NCBI RefSeq assembly: GCF_009914755.1
Contig: NC_060939.1
Direction: 5' to 3' (one strand)
DNA from: the human T2T-CHM13v2.0 reference genome, Homo sapiens
DNA: 64,000 bases
The position numbers and the translations under genes are program-made. The number at the start of each line of letters is the position of its first letter. Within the stretch, counting starts at the first letter, position 1. The notes under the pieces were generated by a model. The model had not been told where the DNA came from, did no database searches, and saw nothing but the letters and a program-made list of their open reading frames with translations. Shown here in pieces: positions 57,673-64,000 of this stretch.

Positions 57673-58623
57673 CAAAGTACATCCATGTTGTGGCATATAT
57701 TATATCACTATTTCCTTTTTATTGCCAAGTAATATTCTGTTGTATGGATATACCACATTTTGATTATCCATTTATCAATTAATGAACATTTGGATTGTTT
57801 TCATATTTTGACCATATGAAGAATGCTGTGAACATTCATGTATACATTTTTGTATGGACATCTGTTTTCCGTTGTCTTGGGTAAGAGCTTGAATTGCTGG
57901 GTTATATGATAACTTTGTGTTTAGCTTTTTAAGGAACTGCCAGACTGTTTTCCAAAGTGGTTGCATCATTTTACAGTTCCACTAGCAAAATATGAGGATT
58001 CCAGTTGTCTTGAGGACAATCAACACTTGTAATTGTCTGTCTTTTTTATTATAGCCATCCTAGTGAGTGTGAAGCAGTATGTCGTAGTTTTGATTTGCAT
58101 TTCCCTAATGACTGATGGTATGGAGCATCTTTTTTATGTGCTTCTTGGCCATTTACATTTTCTTTAGAGAAATGTCTGGTATTTTAATTGTATTATTTTT
58201 ATTATTGAATTGTAAGAGGTGGTTTTTTTTTTTTTGGCATGATCTCGGTTCATTGCAACCTCTGCTTCCTGGGCTCAAGTGATCCTTCACCTCAGCCTCC
58301 TGAGGAGCTGAGACTACAGGCATGTGCCACTATGCCCAGCTAATTTCTTTCCCCACTTTTTGGAGACAGAGTCTCACTTTGTCACCCGCTGGAGTGCAGT
58401 GGCGCAGTCTCCATTCACTGCAACTTCTACCTCCTGTGTTCAAGCAATTCCCCTGCCTCAGCCCCCTGAGTACCTGGGATTACAGGCACATGCCACCAAG
58501 TCCAACTAATTTTTTTTATTTTTAATGGAGACAGGGTTTCACCGGCCCAGGCCGGTTTTGAATTCCTGACCTCAGGTGACCCGCCTGCCTTGGCCTTCCA
58601 AAGTGCTGGGATTACAGGCTTGA

Positions 58624-58776
<153 letters not shown>

Positions 58777-58960
58777 TGAGTTCTTGATATAATCTAGATA
58801 CAAGTCCCTTTTCAGAGATATGCAAATATTTTCTTCTATGCTGTGGACCCTTTCTGAAACACAGAACTTTTACATTTTGATGAAGTCCACTTTGTTTATT
58901 TTTTATTTTGTTGCTTGTGCTTTTGGTATATCCAAGAAACTATTGGCAAAATCAGGGTGA

Positions 58961-59179
<219 letters not shown>

Positions 59180-59799
59180 TAGTCAGAATGGTCTCGATCT
59201 CCTGACCTTGTGATCCACCCGCCCCGGCCTCCCAAAGTGCTGGGATTACAGGCGTGAACCACTGCGCCCAGCCGTATCCCTAGATTTTCTTATATGAGTT
59301 TTATACTTTTAGCTCTTTGATACATTTGAGTTAATTTTTATAGATGGTGTGAGGTAAGAAGTCATCTTCATTATTTTGCATGTTCATTTTCATTAAGTCC
59401 CAGCACCATTTGTTGAAGACACTTTTTAACTTTTGAGAAACTGCCCAGCTATTTCACCGTCTAACATTCCATTTAACAATTTCAAGCAGTTTCCCTTGCT
59501 CACATTCTTACCAGTATTTGATATTGTAAGTCTTTTTAACTTTAGTCTTTCTACAGGGGTAGAGTATCTTATTGTTTTTAACCTGCATTGTTTTAACTTC
59601 CATTTCCGAGGCTCAGGTGATCCTCACGCCTCAGCTAGCTGGGACTACAGGTTTGCATCACCACACCGGGCTAATTTTTATATTTTATAAGAGATGGGGT
59701 TTCGCCGTGTTGCCCAGGCTGGTCTCCAACTTCTGGGCTCAGGCAGTCTACCTGCCTCGCCTTCCCAAAGTGCAAGGATTACAGGAGTGAGCCACCACC

Positions 59800-61740
<1,941 letters not shown>

Positions 61741-61749
61741 AAAGTTACA

Positions 61750-64000
<2,251 letters not shown>

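Overview
Primate genomic DNA, very likely human chr15q15.3/q21.1. It contains the end of a 3' UTR (probably GOLM2/CASC4, poly(A) signal at 1417), about 12 kb of repeat-rich intergenic DNA, and the CpG-island promoter and non-coding exon 1 of CTDSPL2 (SCP4 phosphatase). A ~31 kb intron 1 is followed by the first coding exon (44671-44880, [11 protein letters not shown]...) and the first ~19 kb of intron 2. Intron 1 holds an antisense, 5'-truncated HNRNPM processed pseudogene and a dead 5'-truncated L1PA. There are roughly 70-75 Alu copies (about a third of the window by my hand count), plus old L1M/L2/MIR, MaLR LTRs and Tigger/Charlie DNA-transposon fossils. Almost all ORFs in the supplied track are Alu, L1 or pseudogene artefacts. 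I found no clear new multi-gene system. The best leads are: (1) a 210-nt start-codon exon flanked by inverted same-subfamily AluY copies, whose back-spliced circle would read as one 68-aa ORF; (2) two uORFs in the CTDSPL2 leader; (3) an Alu fused tail-less to the HNRNPM retrocopy; (4) a fold-back templated insertion at 10.25 kb; (5) a local duplication with a near-identical core; (6) a 77-bp orphan retro-insertion. Gene and repeat names come from my recall of sequences, not from a database search. Repeat boundaries are approximate unless target-site duplications (TSDs) or terminal inverted repeats (TIRs) are given.
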